64,000 nt of DNA, from positions 40,052,001 through 40,116,000 of the forward strand of contig CM060732.1 in assembly GCA_030704615.1 (NCBI GenBank). Direction: 5' to 3'. Under the pieces are notes generated by a model. The model made no database searches and was not told where the DNA came from. It saw only the letters and a list, made by a program, of their open reading frames with translations. A program made the position numbers and the translations under genes. Below, one piece after another: positions 1 to 12,425 of this stretch (the stretch's first letter is position 1; every line of letters starts with the position of its first letter). The stretch comes from Takakia lepidozioides (taxonomy: Eukaryota; Plantae; Bryophyta).

Positions 1-526
1 AGGCTAGAATTCTTTTATAATAAATTTTAATATTTAATTCTAAAAAATAGTTTTTTTTTAATTTCTAATAATTAGAGATTTTTGAATTTTTTCCATATAT
101 CACTTGGCAAGTCTAGATTATGGGTTTTTACACCTTTTTAGTAATGATGATATCCCAAAAGCCTCTAAATGAGGATAAGGGAAAATAAGCCCAGTTGGCT
201 AGTGATTAATATAAATTAGTCTATACCTCTCATTCCTTGATGTTTTTAGTCCATATAAAAGTACATTTGGGTAGCTTTAAAAAATGGCACCCCTAATGTG
301 TTTTCTTTTTTGTTATTACTAGGTGTATACGATGTTTTTTTAGTCCATATGGTTTTTCATGTGTAACAGTGCAGTCCATAAGATTCAACTTTAAGAGTCC
401 ATAGCTCCTTCGTAGATGATCATTTTTATAATAAAAATTTGGAGTATGTCTCTATTGTAGTTACAAATCTTAGACCATATAAATTTGTTATGTAGTTTTT
501 GGTCCATCGTAGCCTGCAACTACCCC
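1..526. mobile_element. Right end of an AT-rich TIR element (MITE-like), same family as 40069-40805; left part outside the window
   Basis: Ends in TTTTGGTCCATCGTAGCCTGCAACTACCCC (496-526), which resembles the TIR at 40776-40805; shares GTCCATA sub-repeats. Confidence 0.55.
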
Positions 527-539
527 ATTTTCATTCTAA

Positions 540-1135
540 ATTTCTAGGACTGTACCTAGTTGGTTCCATTGAACCAATCTTCTACTCTTATATCTAATGC
601 GTTTCCATGAGCAGAAATAGCCATTAGGTCTTTCCTTTCTCAGCATCTAAGATTTTATACTTGACAATCAGCAAACTCATAGACTTTTACTGATCCCTCG
701 CAGTGGACCAAATTTCTTTGGCTAGGAGCTTTTCGTCCATCTGCCACCTCGTAGCACCTCCTCTATCTAGCATGAAACTACATCCACCTTCTAGCAACTA
801 GGCTCTAATACCATGTTGAAAAACATAGATAGAACAACAACGGAAGGAGGATTGTATTGAAAGGAGGATTTTATTGAAACTCTCCGCCCGACCATAGAAG
901 CACACAACATAAACAACTGATATGTGCCTTCATCCAGAACCTCTTATATAGTTCTAACTAGGCTAAAAGTAATCACTAAGACTTGCCTTTTAGACCTATT
1001 TTTACTATATATGTTAAGTAGTCCCATAATGAACTAGCACTAGCCTGAACTTTAAGACAAAAGCCTCTCTAAACTTTTAATGTCACTAACTTTATCTGCA
1101 AGTCAAGCTGTACATTATGGAGCTGTTTTCCAACA
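540..1135 (-). mobile_element. Truncated LTR retrotransposon: 5' LTR (814-1135), tRNA-iMet PBS (801-813) and short gag-like remnant
   Basis: LTR bounded by TGTTGAAAAACA...TGTTTTCCAACA; adjacent GGCTCTAATACCA is the reverse complement of a TGGTATCAGAGCC-type PBS; AKEIWST-like gag peptide on the minus strand near 700-725. Confidence 0.7.
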
Positions 1136-1139
1136 ATGA

Positions 1140-2355
1140 TCACTGTGCTTTCCAACATGATACCAATACCGTTTGTTGTTCAATGAAAATTCAGATCCTT
1201 GTGTGCGAGCAGTAAGACTATTTTGACCTACTTTTCCATATCTCCACTACTACCCCTTGGGAGATATTTTATCCAGTCAGGAGCAATTCTGAAAGGACGT
1301 GCCAAAGCGAAACTTCGCGAGAACATTGCCCCTACAGCTCAACCCCCACAGCTCAACCCCCCTGTTTTCTGAGATTTTCGACCAATGCAGGGGAGGTAGG
1401 GAGTGGGGTGTTTGGAAATTAAATTCTGGGGGTTACATTCTAAGTTGTCATCACTGAATTTTTGTTATCGGCAAGATCATAGCTGAAGGAGGCAGCCTGG
1501 ATGAAGCATGGGTGCAAATCCATGGGATCTAGAGTATCAGATTTCCGCACAAGAGTACCACTGAGGCCTATCGATTGATAGATACAAGAAACCCATGTGG
1601 CAAGAGGGCAATTTGGAAAAACTGGATTCAGGTAGATGTCAGTGTCATTGTCTGAAATGGTTGTTCAAAATGCAGTGTTGGTGTTGACCACTGCAGGCCG
1701 TATGTACATTCCACTCCTGTTTTTATCTCTATAGATACCACCAGGAAAACATTTGCACTAATTCTTTGTAAGCACTGGCTAGGAAGGACATGGACATTCA
1801 CAGCCATTCTAGCATCCACACTTTCATAGACATGCAATGGTCTGAGAACCTTGACATTATCAGTCAGAGATTTGAAGACCCTAACTTCATAGTAGGAAAT
1901 TGTTCCAAGCTATCATATGCATATAGATTGACGAAGAGATCATATTGAGCATGTACATACATGCAGAAGTTTGTTCAACTGAGGACAAGTTTATTTCAAG
2001 GATTGAACATAGTCAACATACGAAAGAGGTAGTTGACTGGAGGCATCACACACATGCACTTAACAAATTAGAGGTCCATCATCTTGTCAAGCGCCCTTGC
2101 GACAGTAGGCAGCACACAGCATATACTCCCCACTAGCCACTGCACAAGCAATTTAACACGCTTTCAAGATCGATTTCTGTAGTAAAGTCTGATCTGATAT
2201 GGACTGTTATCATTGACTACAACTCATCAACACCTGCATAACTTCCCACACAAAACAAGATCTATCGAAGAATCAAGCTGTAAAAAATATTCAACAAGAA
2301 GCTCACAAGAACATACATGCTACATATTTGGGCTAGAGCTTTGATAAACAATAGC
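1140..2355. repeat. Left arm of a long diverged inverted repeat (partner 3648-4870)
   Basis: Colinear reverse-complement blocks, e.g. 2175 TTCTGTAGTAAAGTCTGATCTGATATGGACTGTTATCATTGAC vs ~3783-3826; 1480-1527 vs 4486-4535. Confidence 0.9.
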
Positions 2356-2971
2356 GTGGATGGCAGCCATGCCTCACTCTCCTCTCGAAGGCGGCTCCGG
2401 CGGCTCCTTTACTATTTCCTGATTTGAGGGACCCAAGCAGTCGAGGGCACTAAATCACTTTCTGCCACGTGTAACCTCCCGAGCCTGGCCAGGACCGTTA
2501 CACGGCGTGGCATTACCGTTTTTCCAGGGTTTAGGGGTTAGTGTCTGATAATGGGTAGATTGGGGCATGCCGAGTTCTCGCACAAGATTGCTAGGAGAGG
2601 GTGGCCTAGTGTCCCGGGCCTGTCCCGAGCCTTACGAGTGACGTTGATAATATTCTGCTTTGCCCTGAAAATACGAAGGAAACAAAGCAGCAGTGTGTTA
2701 CAATCCTGGAATGTTCTTGTGTACTTCCCTCATCTTGCGTAGAACGGACCCTAATTTTAGTAGCTCGCAAGTTCTGGCGCATTTTAGGGGTCTTACTGGG
2801 CAGAAACTGCGTGTGGAACGTGCTTGCCCGTTATGGCTTTGACGGGCTGCCCAAACAGAGTAGTGCTTGCCTCGGGGAGATGGGCACACGGATCGACGAA
2901 CGGAAGGACAGGCATCCACGCTGCCCAGTTTAGCTCTTGTCCACCCGAGGCCTCTGTTTGCCTTCCACTTC

Positions 2972-2983
2972 CACTATATATAA
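2972..2983 (+). promoter_or_regulatory. Putative TATA box of the SPH-like gene
   Basis: CTATATATAA ~115 bp upstream of ATG 3092, followed by a pyrimidine-rich leader. Confidence 0.45.
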
Positions 2984-3091
2984 CTGCTGCTTGTCCTCCT
3001 CCTTCGTCACTTCTCAACTTTCTTCTGGTCTTCTGTTCTGCTCTTGGCGCGCTTACTCTGCAGGAGACTTGTGTGGCATCCCACATTCAAC

Positions 3092-3559
3092 ATGGCTGGA
3101 GGAAGAGTGATGGCAGAATGGAGCGCCCGCGTCTGCAGCCTGCTGTTCGTGATCATGGCAGGGAGTATGATGGGAAACTGTGTGCAGGCCGTGGACATCG
3201 AGTTCACCAACAAGCTTACCAGCGGAGGTTCACTCAAAGTCGCCTTCAAGAACTCGGCTACCGGTCAACTTGTGGCCATTTCAAACAGCCTGAGTGTAGG
3301 CGATTCCTACCACCTTCAGTTCGACCAGCCTGGTAATGAAAGGAAGTTACTGCAAACGACTATTATCATCATCATCATCTGGCGCAATGACTCCGTCGCT
3401 CCATCTGCTGAGTTCACTGTGTGGAATGGCTCTTCTGGATTACCCGGTGGACGTTGCACTGAATGTCGCTGGGAAGCCAGGGACGATGGTTTTTACTTTG
3501 CTACAGAGGGAAACCAGCCTTCATATCAGTTGGGCGCGAGTTGGATCACTAAAACTTGA
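3092..3559 (+). CDS. Secreted S-protein homologue (plant self-incompatibility S1 / SPH family)-like protein, 155 aa, single exon
   Basis: Hydrophobic signal peptide ending in CVQA; then VDIEFTNKL..G.SLKV, LSVGDSYHLQF and C-terminal CTECRWEARDDGFY, which match the SPH pattern. Confidence 0.75.
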   Translation: MAGGRVMAEWSARVCSLLFVIMAGSMMGNCVQAVDIEFTNKLTSGGSLKVAFKNSATGQLVAISNSLSVGDSYHLQFDQPGNERKLLQTTIIIIIIWRNDSVAPSAEFTVWNGSSGLPGGRCTECRWEARDDGFYFATEGNQPSYQLGASWITKT

Positions 3560-3647
3560 GTGACTTTCACAGGTGCGCAACTAAATTCTGTATGTATTTT
3601 GCATGAACATGTCATGTGTGAACCAAGAGACTGACTGATCTGAAGTC

Positions 3648-4870
3648 CATATTGTTAATCAAAGCTGTAGCCCAAATATGTAGCATGTATATTGTTCTTG
3701 TGAGGTTCCTGTTGCATTTTTACAGCTAGATTCTTCGATAGATCTTCTTTTGTGCGGGAAGTTATGCAGGTGATGATGACTTGTCAATGATAACAGTCCA
3801 TATCAGATCAGACTTTACTACAGAAATCTATATTGAAAGCGTGATTGCTTGTGCAGTGGCCAGTGGGGAGTGATATGCTGAGTTTGGTATGCTGCCTACT
3901 GTCGCATGGGCGCTTGAGTTGACAAGCTGATGGACCTCTTATTTGTTAAAGTGCATGTCTGTAATGCCTACACCAGTCAACTACCTCTTTCGTATGTTGA
4001 CTATGTTCAATACTTGAAATAAACTTGTCCTCGGACTCTCATTGCAATTGTGTCTCAAACTTCATTTAAATTTGTGTACTTAGGTACTCATTATATGTAT
4101 TCTTCATAGGCAATCCAGCCTGGATCTGCAGGTCTATACCTATGCGAGGACCAATGGTGGCATGATCTCCAGATGATGTCTCTTTGCCCATCTCTATATT
4201 ATAGAGCTTGAAACAAAGTTTGCCTACTATGAAGTTAGGAGCCAGGGCTTACAAATCTCTGACTGATAAAGTCTTGCTCAAGCTTCTCAGACCATTGCAT
4301 GTCCATCAAAGTGTGGTTGCTAGAAACGTTGTGAATGTCCTTGTCCTTCCCAGCCAGTGCAAGCTTATATGACTTTAGAAACTATAGAAGAAATTTTTTG
4401 TTCTTCAGTGGAAACTAGCAGAGAAAAACAGGAGTCAATCTTATCAATAGTGCCTCGTTTTGTTCTGAAATCTTTTCCTCTTCATCCCATGGATCTGCAC
4501 CCATGCTTCTTCGAGGCTGGGCCTCCTTCAGCTATCTTGCCGCCATAACACAATTTCATTGATCATGACAACTTAGAATTTGAATTGCCAAACACTCCAT
4601 TCTCTACCTCCCCTGGATTGGTGGGAAATTGATCAGAAAACAAGGGGGTGAGAGGGGCAATGGTCTCGCGAGGCTTAGCTCTGGCGGGTCCTTGCAGGAC
4701 TACTCTGACCGGATACTAAACCTCCCAAGGATTGGTAATGGGGTTAGCCATCAGTATATGCAAAAGTAACTAGTAGCAATTTACTGCTGGCCAACTCAAA
4801 CATCTGATAACAACTTGGAGCAAACTTTTCATTAAAGAACCGGCATGGTATCATGTTAGAAAGTCCACTA
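3648..4870. repeat. Right arm of the long inverted repeat; begins ~90 bp after the SPH stop codon
   Basis: Reverse complement of 1140-2355 with indels. Confidence 0.9.
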
Positions 4871-5477
4871 ATTACATGAGCACTTTTACATTAGATCGAC
4901 AATGTTCACCACAACGCCATGGATTTTCCTTCTAACACAAGTTTTTCAGAAAGGTGACCGTTGCTACAATTGCTAGAAGGGCTAATTCGTCCAACGCGTG
5001 ATAGTTAGGCTCTTCCCGAAAGGGGTCTGGGTTTCCTGAAGACCACCCTAGTATTAGAGGCAGGAATTCGATGGCCTCGTGCACAGCAATAATTGGAAGT
5101 GGTTAAGTACTCCCATCCACAGTGCTGTGAGGAGATGCACGCTGTAGTAGCTGTTGCAAGGCAGGGTGGTGCCGTCAAATGTCCTTTCCAAAGACATTAG
5201 GAATTACTCAAGTCCTCTGCATCATCCAATCACCTTACATGGCCAAGAAGGTCCCTGTGGCATTACAAAGGGAACCGAGCAAGTTAAAGAAAAACCCTCG
5301 ATACTCATTGCGACGATGACTACAATAGTCTCGGAAAACAGATGTCTCTCGATTTGAATGAGCTACAAATGGTTGTACTATGCACCACCTTTTGACTGTC
5401 ATTGCTCGTTCTGCGTCCAGAGCATTATGAAAATCTGTATTGGTCCATCCATAACTTGCCAGGTCGTTGGAAACAAC

Positions 5478-6414
5478 CAGTCTTGTGCGGGTTCTGCCTT
5501 TTTAAGGAACCGGCCGGGTCCGGGTGCGGGTTTGTTTTCGGAGGCCTGTCCGGATCTGGGTTTTTGAAATTTGGAAAATCGGGTCCGAGTTCGGATCCGG
5601 GTTTGTCAACACCGACTCGGGTTAGGGTCTGGGTAGTTGTTGGGAAATATTACCGGGTTCACGGGTTCGGATCCGGGTCCTAATTTATTGATTAAATAAA
5701 TTAGAAAAATAAGATTAATTAGGGATAAAATTATTTTTGGCTGGAAAAAATTTAAATCTTAATAATGAATTTTATTTTAAGAGACATTCCTTCAAAATAT
5801 ACCATGAATAAAAACTAAAACAGAAGTTTGAGTTCCATTTTCTATTTTTCAATATCAAAAAATTTATTAAAAAAAGGGGATAGAGGCCCTTTTAATCAAA
5901 TCAAAAAATAATAATAAATCTTTAAACATGTTAAGAATAGTAATATGCCTCAAGGGTAGATCACTAGGGCATGGATGTGTGGAATCTGGCATAATAATAA
6001 TATATGACGTCTCTTTTGGGAGGTGTAAATTATGGTCCCAAAGGGCACAACTTTGTGACACCACTCTGTGGATTGAGCCCACAACCGCTTTTGAGGTGGT
6101 ATGTGGGCATTACCACTGGGCTACCACGTGGTGGGGCTGGCTGCTGTAGTGGGCCTATTGCTTGCTGGTCCCCTCCACAAAACCTACCATATCCAAGGTG
6201 GACCCCGCATGCCCCCATCTAAAATTAAGACCTTGACCTGCCACATTGGCCCGCGGGTAGCGGGTTTAAGGGATTCTGGACCCAGCAGACCGGGACGGGT
6301 CCGAAAATGAACCCGGGTTAGGTTCCGGGTTTTTGGTTACTCGGGTGCGGGTAACCCGTATCCTAACCCACCCACGGGGTACCCGCCTTCAAAACCCAGA
6401 CCCGCACAACACTA
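5478..6414. mobile_element. Non-autonomous hAT element (937 bp)
   Basis: 8-bp TSD GAAACAAC (5470-5477 / 6415-6422); TIR CAGTCTTGTGCGGG / CCCGCACAACACTA; dense subterminal CGGGT/ACCCG motifs. Confidence 0.92.
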
Positions 6415-6621
6415 GAAACAACCTTCCATTGCTCTGTTGACTTGAAATCACAAGTAGGTTGGCCATGTGCTGTACTGCATGCGAGTGATTTGCTTGCTGC
6501 TGCTCAATCAATGTTGTCTAATGGGTGCAAAAACAGGACAGGTCCATTCTCTGCCCCCAGCGTTGGTCCACCATCACTATGCAACAACACCGGCGTCAGC
6601 CTGTCAAGATGACATGTATCA

Positions 6622-7623
<1,002 letters not shown>

Positions 7624-8082
7624 TGAATGTTTGACAAGGGCACTTGAGAACTTTGGAGCTTTGGGTTTCTGTCTCCGTATAGTGGATCTTGTAAATGCTC
7701 TTTCCAGATGTCTGGGGTGTCAATTCTCCTCTGGCCACAAAGCTGCTCAATCACCCTGCGACAGGTTGTCGTAGAACCATGAGACACCAGCATTTGTACC
7801 TGACAACTCTGACTGACACAACTAGCTGCACAGACATCCTCAGCCGGCCACTATCCATTCACTTTCCATTGCATTGCAAGCAGAGCAAACATGTAGGCTC
7901 AATTTTGTCTCCGCAGTATAATGTAGTAGCGCCAGATGGTGGAAACCCTACGTCCGGGTGGCGTTGACCCGATGAAAACTCGCACCACAGTACCGCTCAA
8001 TGCAAAGACCTATACTCTGTCGGAAAAGGACATTTGAATCATTAAGGGACCTTACCAGTTGGTAAAGATTGGGATGACCCAC

Positions 8083-8868
8083 CTGAAAGAACCACAAGAT
8101 CGTTGGAGTCTAGTCCCACATTTGAAGTCTTGTAAGAGGCCCGAAACGCCGAGGCTGAAGGCAGGCAAAAACGTTTGCGCGCTCGGAGCATACTATGTAA
8201 GCCCGTCCTTGCGTCCGAGCTCTATGGGATACAGTGGCCCGCCCGCCTGAAAAGAATAACAGTGAGTCTAAACTTGTCAGTCTGGGTGTAAGACAAAACT
8301 AGGTTGGGTGTGCAAGGTGAAGCCAGCTGTTGCCTTGCTTTGGCTCGCAAAACCCGAAACATGGTAAGAAGGAACCCAGTGCATAGCTGCTACATAAGTT
8401 TGCCATATGACCGCAGACCAGTGCCCAGAATGGAAACAACTGTGAGAAAGACCCAAGCAAGCTGTGGGACAGACTCGTCTTCTTGTGAAATGGAGACACA
8501 TTATTTCTTGTAAAGAATATTGGAAAAACCACTCACAAGTTGGTCTTGACCGTTGGGTTCCTGTTGTGATTGAGAACTGGTCTGGACTAGACTTGGGCTA
8601 CGATTGAAGTTACTAGAGAAACCTGATACCAGCACTGACCCATCGCACCCTTGGACAAATCAGTCATGGAAGAACAGCCGTAGCAGCGGCCCTGGCGTGG
8701 TGGGATCTATCTTCATTTTTCTAGAGTCTTGAGCACGATCGTTTCCACCTCGGGGCATGTTTCCTTGTAAAATTCGAATGCCATCTTTGCCGACTTGTGG
8801 ACAGTTCGACCATCATCATGAGCGCTAGTTACATGCAGCAACAATGGGGCGACAAATAGAAGAAGCGC
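8083..8868 (-). pseudogene. Class III peroxidase pseudogene, paralog of 12426-14256 (exon 1 remnant 8627-8868; exon 2 8083-8246)
   Basis: Minus strand reads ALLLFVAPLLL...FEFYKETCPEVETIV...KIDPTTPGPLLRLFFHD*FVQGCDGSVL and AGGPLYPIELGRKDGLT*YAPSAQTFLPAFSL; in-frame stops; no start codon or exon 3 found. Confidence 0.92.
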
Positions 8869-9619
8869 TCTACCACAACTCTCTCTCTCTCTCTCTCCTT
8901 CCTGATCTCTACTCGCGCAGTTCTGCTGTCCGATTTCGAAGTAGACATTCCAACTCAGTCTTCCACGACCTGCATTCTTCTTTCACGCACTTAACGCTCA
9001 ACACTTAAGACCTGCCACACCTCCACCCTTCTTTTTACTTTTTTCATCGACATGTAATTACGTAATTATAACGCTAAGAATTTCTTATAGATTGAAAACT
9101 TAACTGAGTTGGAAAAACTGCCACCATCCAGCAAGACAACAGTGAAGGCTGGTGATATTGGCCTACTACAACCAAAGTCTGGCCGCTTTGGCATGTTCTA
9201 CATAGTATACTATAAACATGCAAAATCCTCCGATGAGAATCTAGTATCATCCGGGCTACTAGCTAGCTAGCACAATGGTGCGTCATGCCCACTCAACGGA
9301 GGTTGAGCGGTAATGAGATCATGTTGCCCACTTTCTCACCGAGCCGCAATCCCACCCTTGATTCTCATGACATGGCGCACCTTCTCACAGTCCCCGACCA
9401 ACCAACATGCTGCGGAAGCTTTTTGCCGAACATTAAGGGAAAAGAAAAGCGAGAAAGAGGATCCCCCAAAGCACCATAGAAAAATCTAGCACTTACGGCG
9501 GAGGGGTTGAAAGTTGAGGTGGGCCTTGACTTTTGAATCCCTGTTCTTCTGGTGCTTCCAATTCTCGGCTGGACAGTGCTAAGGACTTGGTGAGTCACCA
9601 GTCTGGAGGTGGAATATAC

Positions 9620-10400
9620 CAATGTTGGATCGGTATATGGGGGTGAGGCGGGGTATCAGCACGGGTAAGGGTATCACGGCAGGGTACCAGACCAGGCGGG
9701 TATAAGCAACTGGCAATACCTAGGGCAGAACATATTTGGGGCAATATAGTGAAACGCTAATACCTGGGCTCCTACCACAGCCTGGTATCGCAAGGAACGC
9801 AGCTTTGTCGATACCAGTACTATGTCTACCGCCGTCGCTTGCACCCTAGATATCAATATGTGGAGCGTTAGGGATTTAGGGATTTAGGGTGCACCATGGA
9901 GAGTTGCGGCTCTTTGATTGAGACGATCTGAATGGCGATTTTGGCGAAAATCTGCTTAGGCTTGGAGCATTGTCTCATTTATCAGCCTGTAATATGGCTC
10001 TTGTAAGGTGACCTCAAATTACGTGAGGTGAGATCCCGCTCCTTGTTATTATGAATTGCGGCACTCAGCCACTCAGGTGAGCGCTTCAGCCCATGAGGTG
10101 ATCACTTCAGCGGCTGAAGTGCTCACCTCAGCGGTATGATTTGGACAGATTTTTATTTTTCAGTTTAAAAATAAATAAATAATTGTATTGATACCAGTAT
10201 TGATATACCCCCAGTATAAGATTTGAAATTTGAAATACTGATACCATACCATACCAGGCCAAACAAAAACATATACATACCAGACTGGTACATCAAAAGC
10301 TTACCTACTTACCTGCCAGGTATGAAGGAGGCCTCTTCACCGACAACACCATACCCTACCCTGGCTGGTATGAAATGTTGATGATACCGGTCCAACACTG
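9620..10400. mobile_element. Non-autonomous hAT element (781 bp)
   Basis: 8-bp TSD GAATATAC (9612-9619 / 10401-10408); TIR CAATGTTGGATCGGTAT / ATACCGGTCCAACACTG; subterminal GGTAT/ATACC repeats. Confidence 0.92.
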
Positions 10401-10420
10401 GAATATACCACACCTGACAA

Positions 10421-10489
10421 GGTAGCAGGATTTGAACCCGGAATCACCTGGGTGGCACTCATTGCTCTATCCAACTGAGCTACCGGCTG
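10421..10489 (-). mobile_element. tRNA-derived (SINE-like) head with Pol III A and B boxes; putative body interrupted by the hAT element
   Basis: Minus strand GCCGGTAGCTCAGTTGGATAGAGC...CCGGGTTCAAATCCTG; no clean acceptor or anticodon stem, so not a tRNA gene. Confidence 0.6.
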
Positions 10490-12425
10490 GTGGTAGCTTA
10501 TTAATTGCCGAAATTGAAAAACAATCCCGAAAACATATTTTTAGAAAAAATTTCTGCCAGGTGAGACTTTGGATGGATGTATGAGAAAGTTACGGGGTAC
10601 TGTTTAGACAACTTCCGTGAATTAGGGCGTACATGGCTCCACGAAGGAAACTACCCTGACACACCGCATAATTCGCCACGTGCACGGTTGGCGGCCAGCC
10701 GTGTGGACTCTCCGCGGTGTTGACCTGGGTGCTGACGGTGGCGGATGAAAACCACCGGACGGGGACTTTTGCGCTGGATGACGCACATCCGCCGATGAAT
10801 GAATGCCGCCACCTCGGAGTAGTATTTTCAATTTCTTTTTATTTTCTTGCTTTTAAACTGCTTTTAAACTACCATATATGTAGCAGCATTCTTTTTATAT
10901 ACTATACCCTGCCGAACGTGAGGCAGGTGCTACCGGGTCAGGTTCTATCAGGACCGGAGTTTAGTGGGGCTGGAATGGCAGGGTTGTCCAGGTCAACAGG
11001 CCTGAATTTCCAAAATTATACCGACAACTGGCGCCACATTTTAACCCACGTGGGCGCCGAGGTTTACCTGCCAGAATAGGCGATCTCATCCATTTGACAG
11101 GATGTGAATTGCAGTCGACCACCAGGATTCATCCCCAGATGGATGAATAGATACATATAGCAGCTCCAAAGCCGCTTCTAGTATCTTACTCATGGGTTTA
11201 TTTCAAGTCGGCGGCAGTTAATTCTATATATATTTAAGAAAATTATCGACGTAAAAATGGAGGAAGCAATAACTAACTGACCAGTGGTCAGTTGACAGTT
11301 ATGACCGTTATACGGTATTATTCCTTTCTAGCTAACAGATACTATTTATTTATCTTATTGTATCTGGGGCAGGTGTTGTCTGTTGGTACAGCTGGGTCCT
11401 TTTGGGCCACCTGGTGGATGAGGCGTGTGCCCAGCACCCGCCCCCTGCCACCTGGCGTGCTGTGGTGGCGCCGTCAGGTTACAAACCGCCGCCGGCACGT
11501 TCGGTGAAGCTCCGACGGAATGTCCGGTGCGGGTGCCTCTCTGTCTCTCTCTCTCTCTCACGCGCCGCGAAGGTCCCATCTCGCAGCCTCGGTTTCACTG
11601 ACAAAGCGATGGTGACGGTGAGGGTGCATTGGAGATGCTGTTTTGAGTTGACCAAGCTTTTCGAGGTTTTGTGCACGACACCATGAGAGGATGGGAGGAT
11701 AAGAGGAAAGGGAATGAGGAAAGGTTGAATTACGTACGTGTCAGTCTTGTCCGTGCGTAATTAGAACCTGGTCATGGGCTGCTCTCATGGACCCATGACG
11801 TAGGCGGTCTCCGTCTAACTTGTCACAGAAGTGATTTTTTGCCGTGTAATGAAGTCCAACATTCGTACTTGATAGAGAAACGATGACAACAGTGGTGATT
11901 TCGGAAACTAACCTTCTCAGAAATTTCAGATGTAGATGGCTTTACAGTCACCCAGGAGTCAAGTTTATAGGTATATATGTAGGATCGTGTAGTTGCTACA
12001 GAATCGAACAAAGTCCACGCCGGCCGATTCTGCATAGTGATCTGGGGATCTCTCCTCTCAGTCTCTCCACTGCTATGCTAGAGGGTATATTGCATGTGCA
12101 AGATTACATTGTAGATTGAGAGTAGAGTCTGTGCAATTGGGCAGTGATCGTTGAGGTGCAGGGAGAGATGAGCTTGGATGAGAAGAGGTAATTTAGTAGT
12201 GAAGAGAGAGTGGCCGGCATACACTTGTGAGGAGGCTGTGGGAGGTCTCTAGACTAGAGAGAGAGCTGGCACGTGACAAAGATTATTGCCGCTCTGAAGG
12301 TGAAAAGAGAATTTAACGTTCGCAGAGAAAAACAACAGAGGTACTGCGCCTAGTGCCCCCAGAGAGATCATCAGTTACTGTGTGCATTTAAGCCTGAGCG
12401 GAGCTTGAAATCCGAAGTAAAAATC

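Noticed and set aside
10421-10489. Functional tRNA gene
   Set aside because: A and B boxes are present but acceptor and anticodon stems do not pair; treated as a SINE-like head
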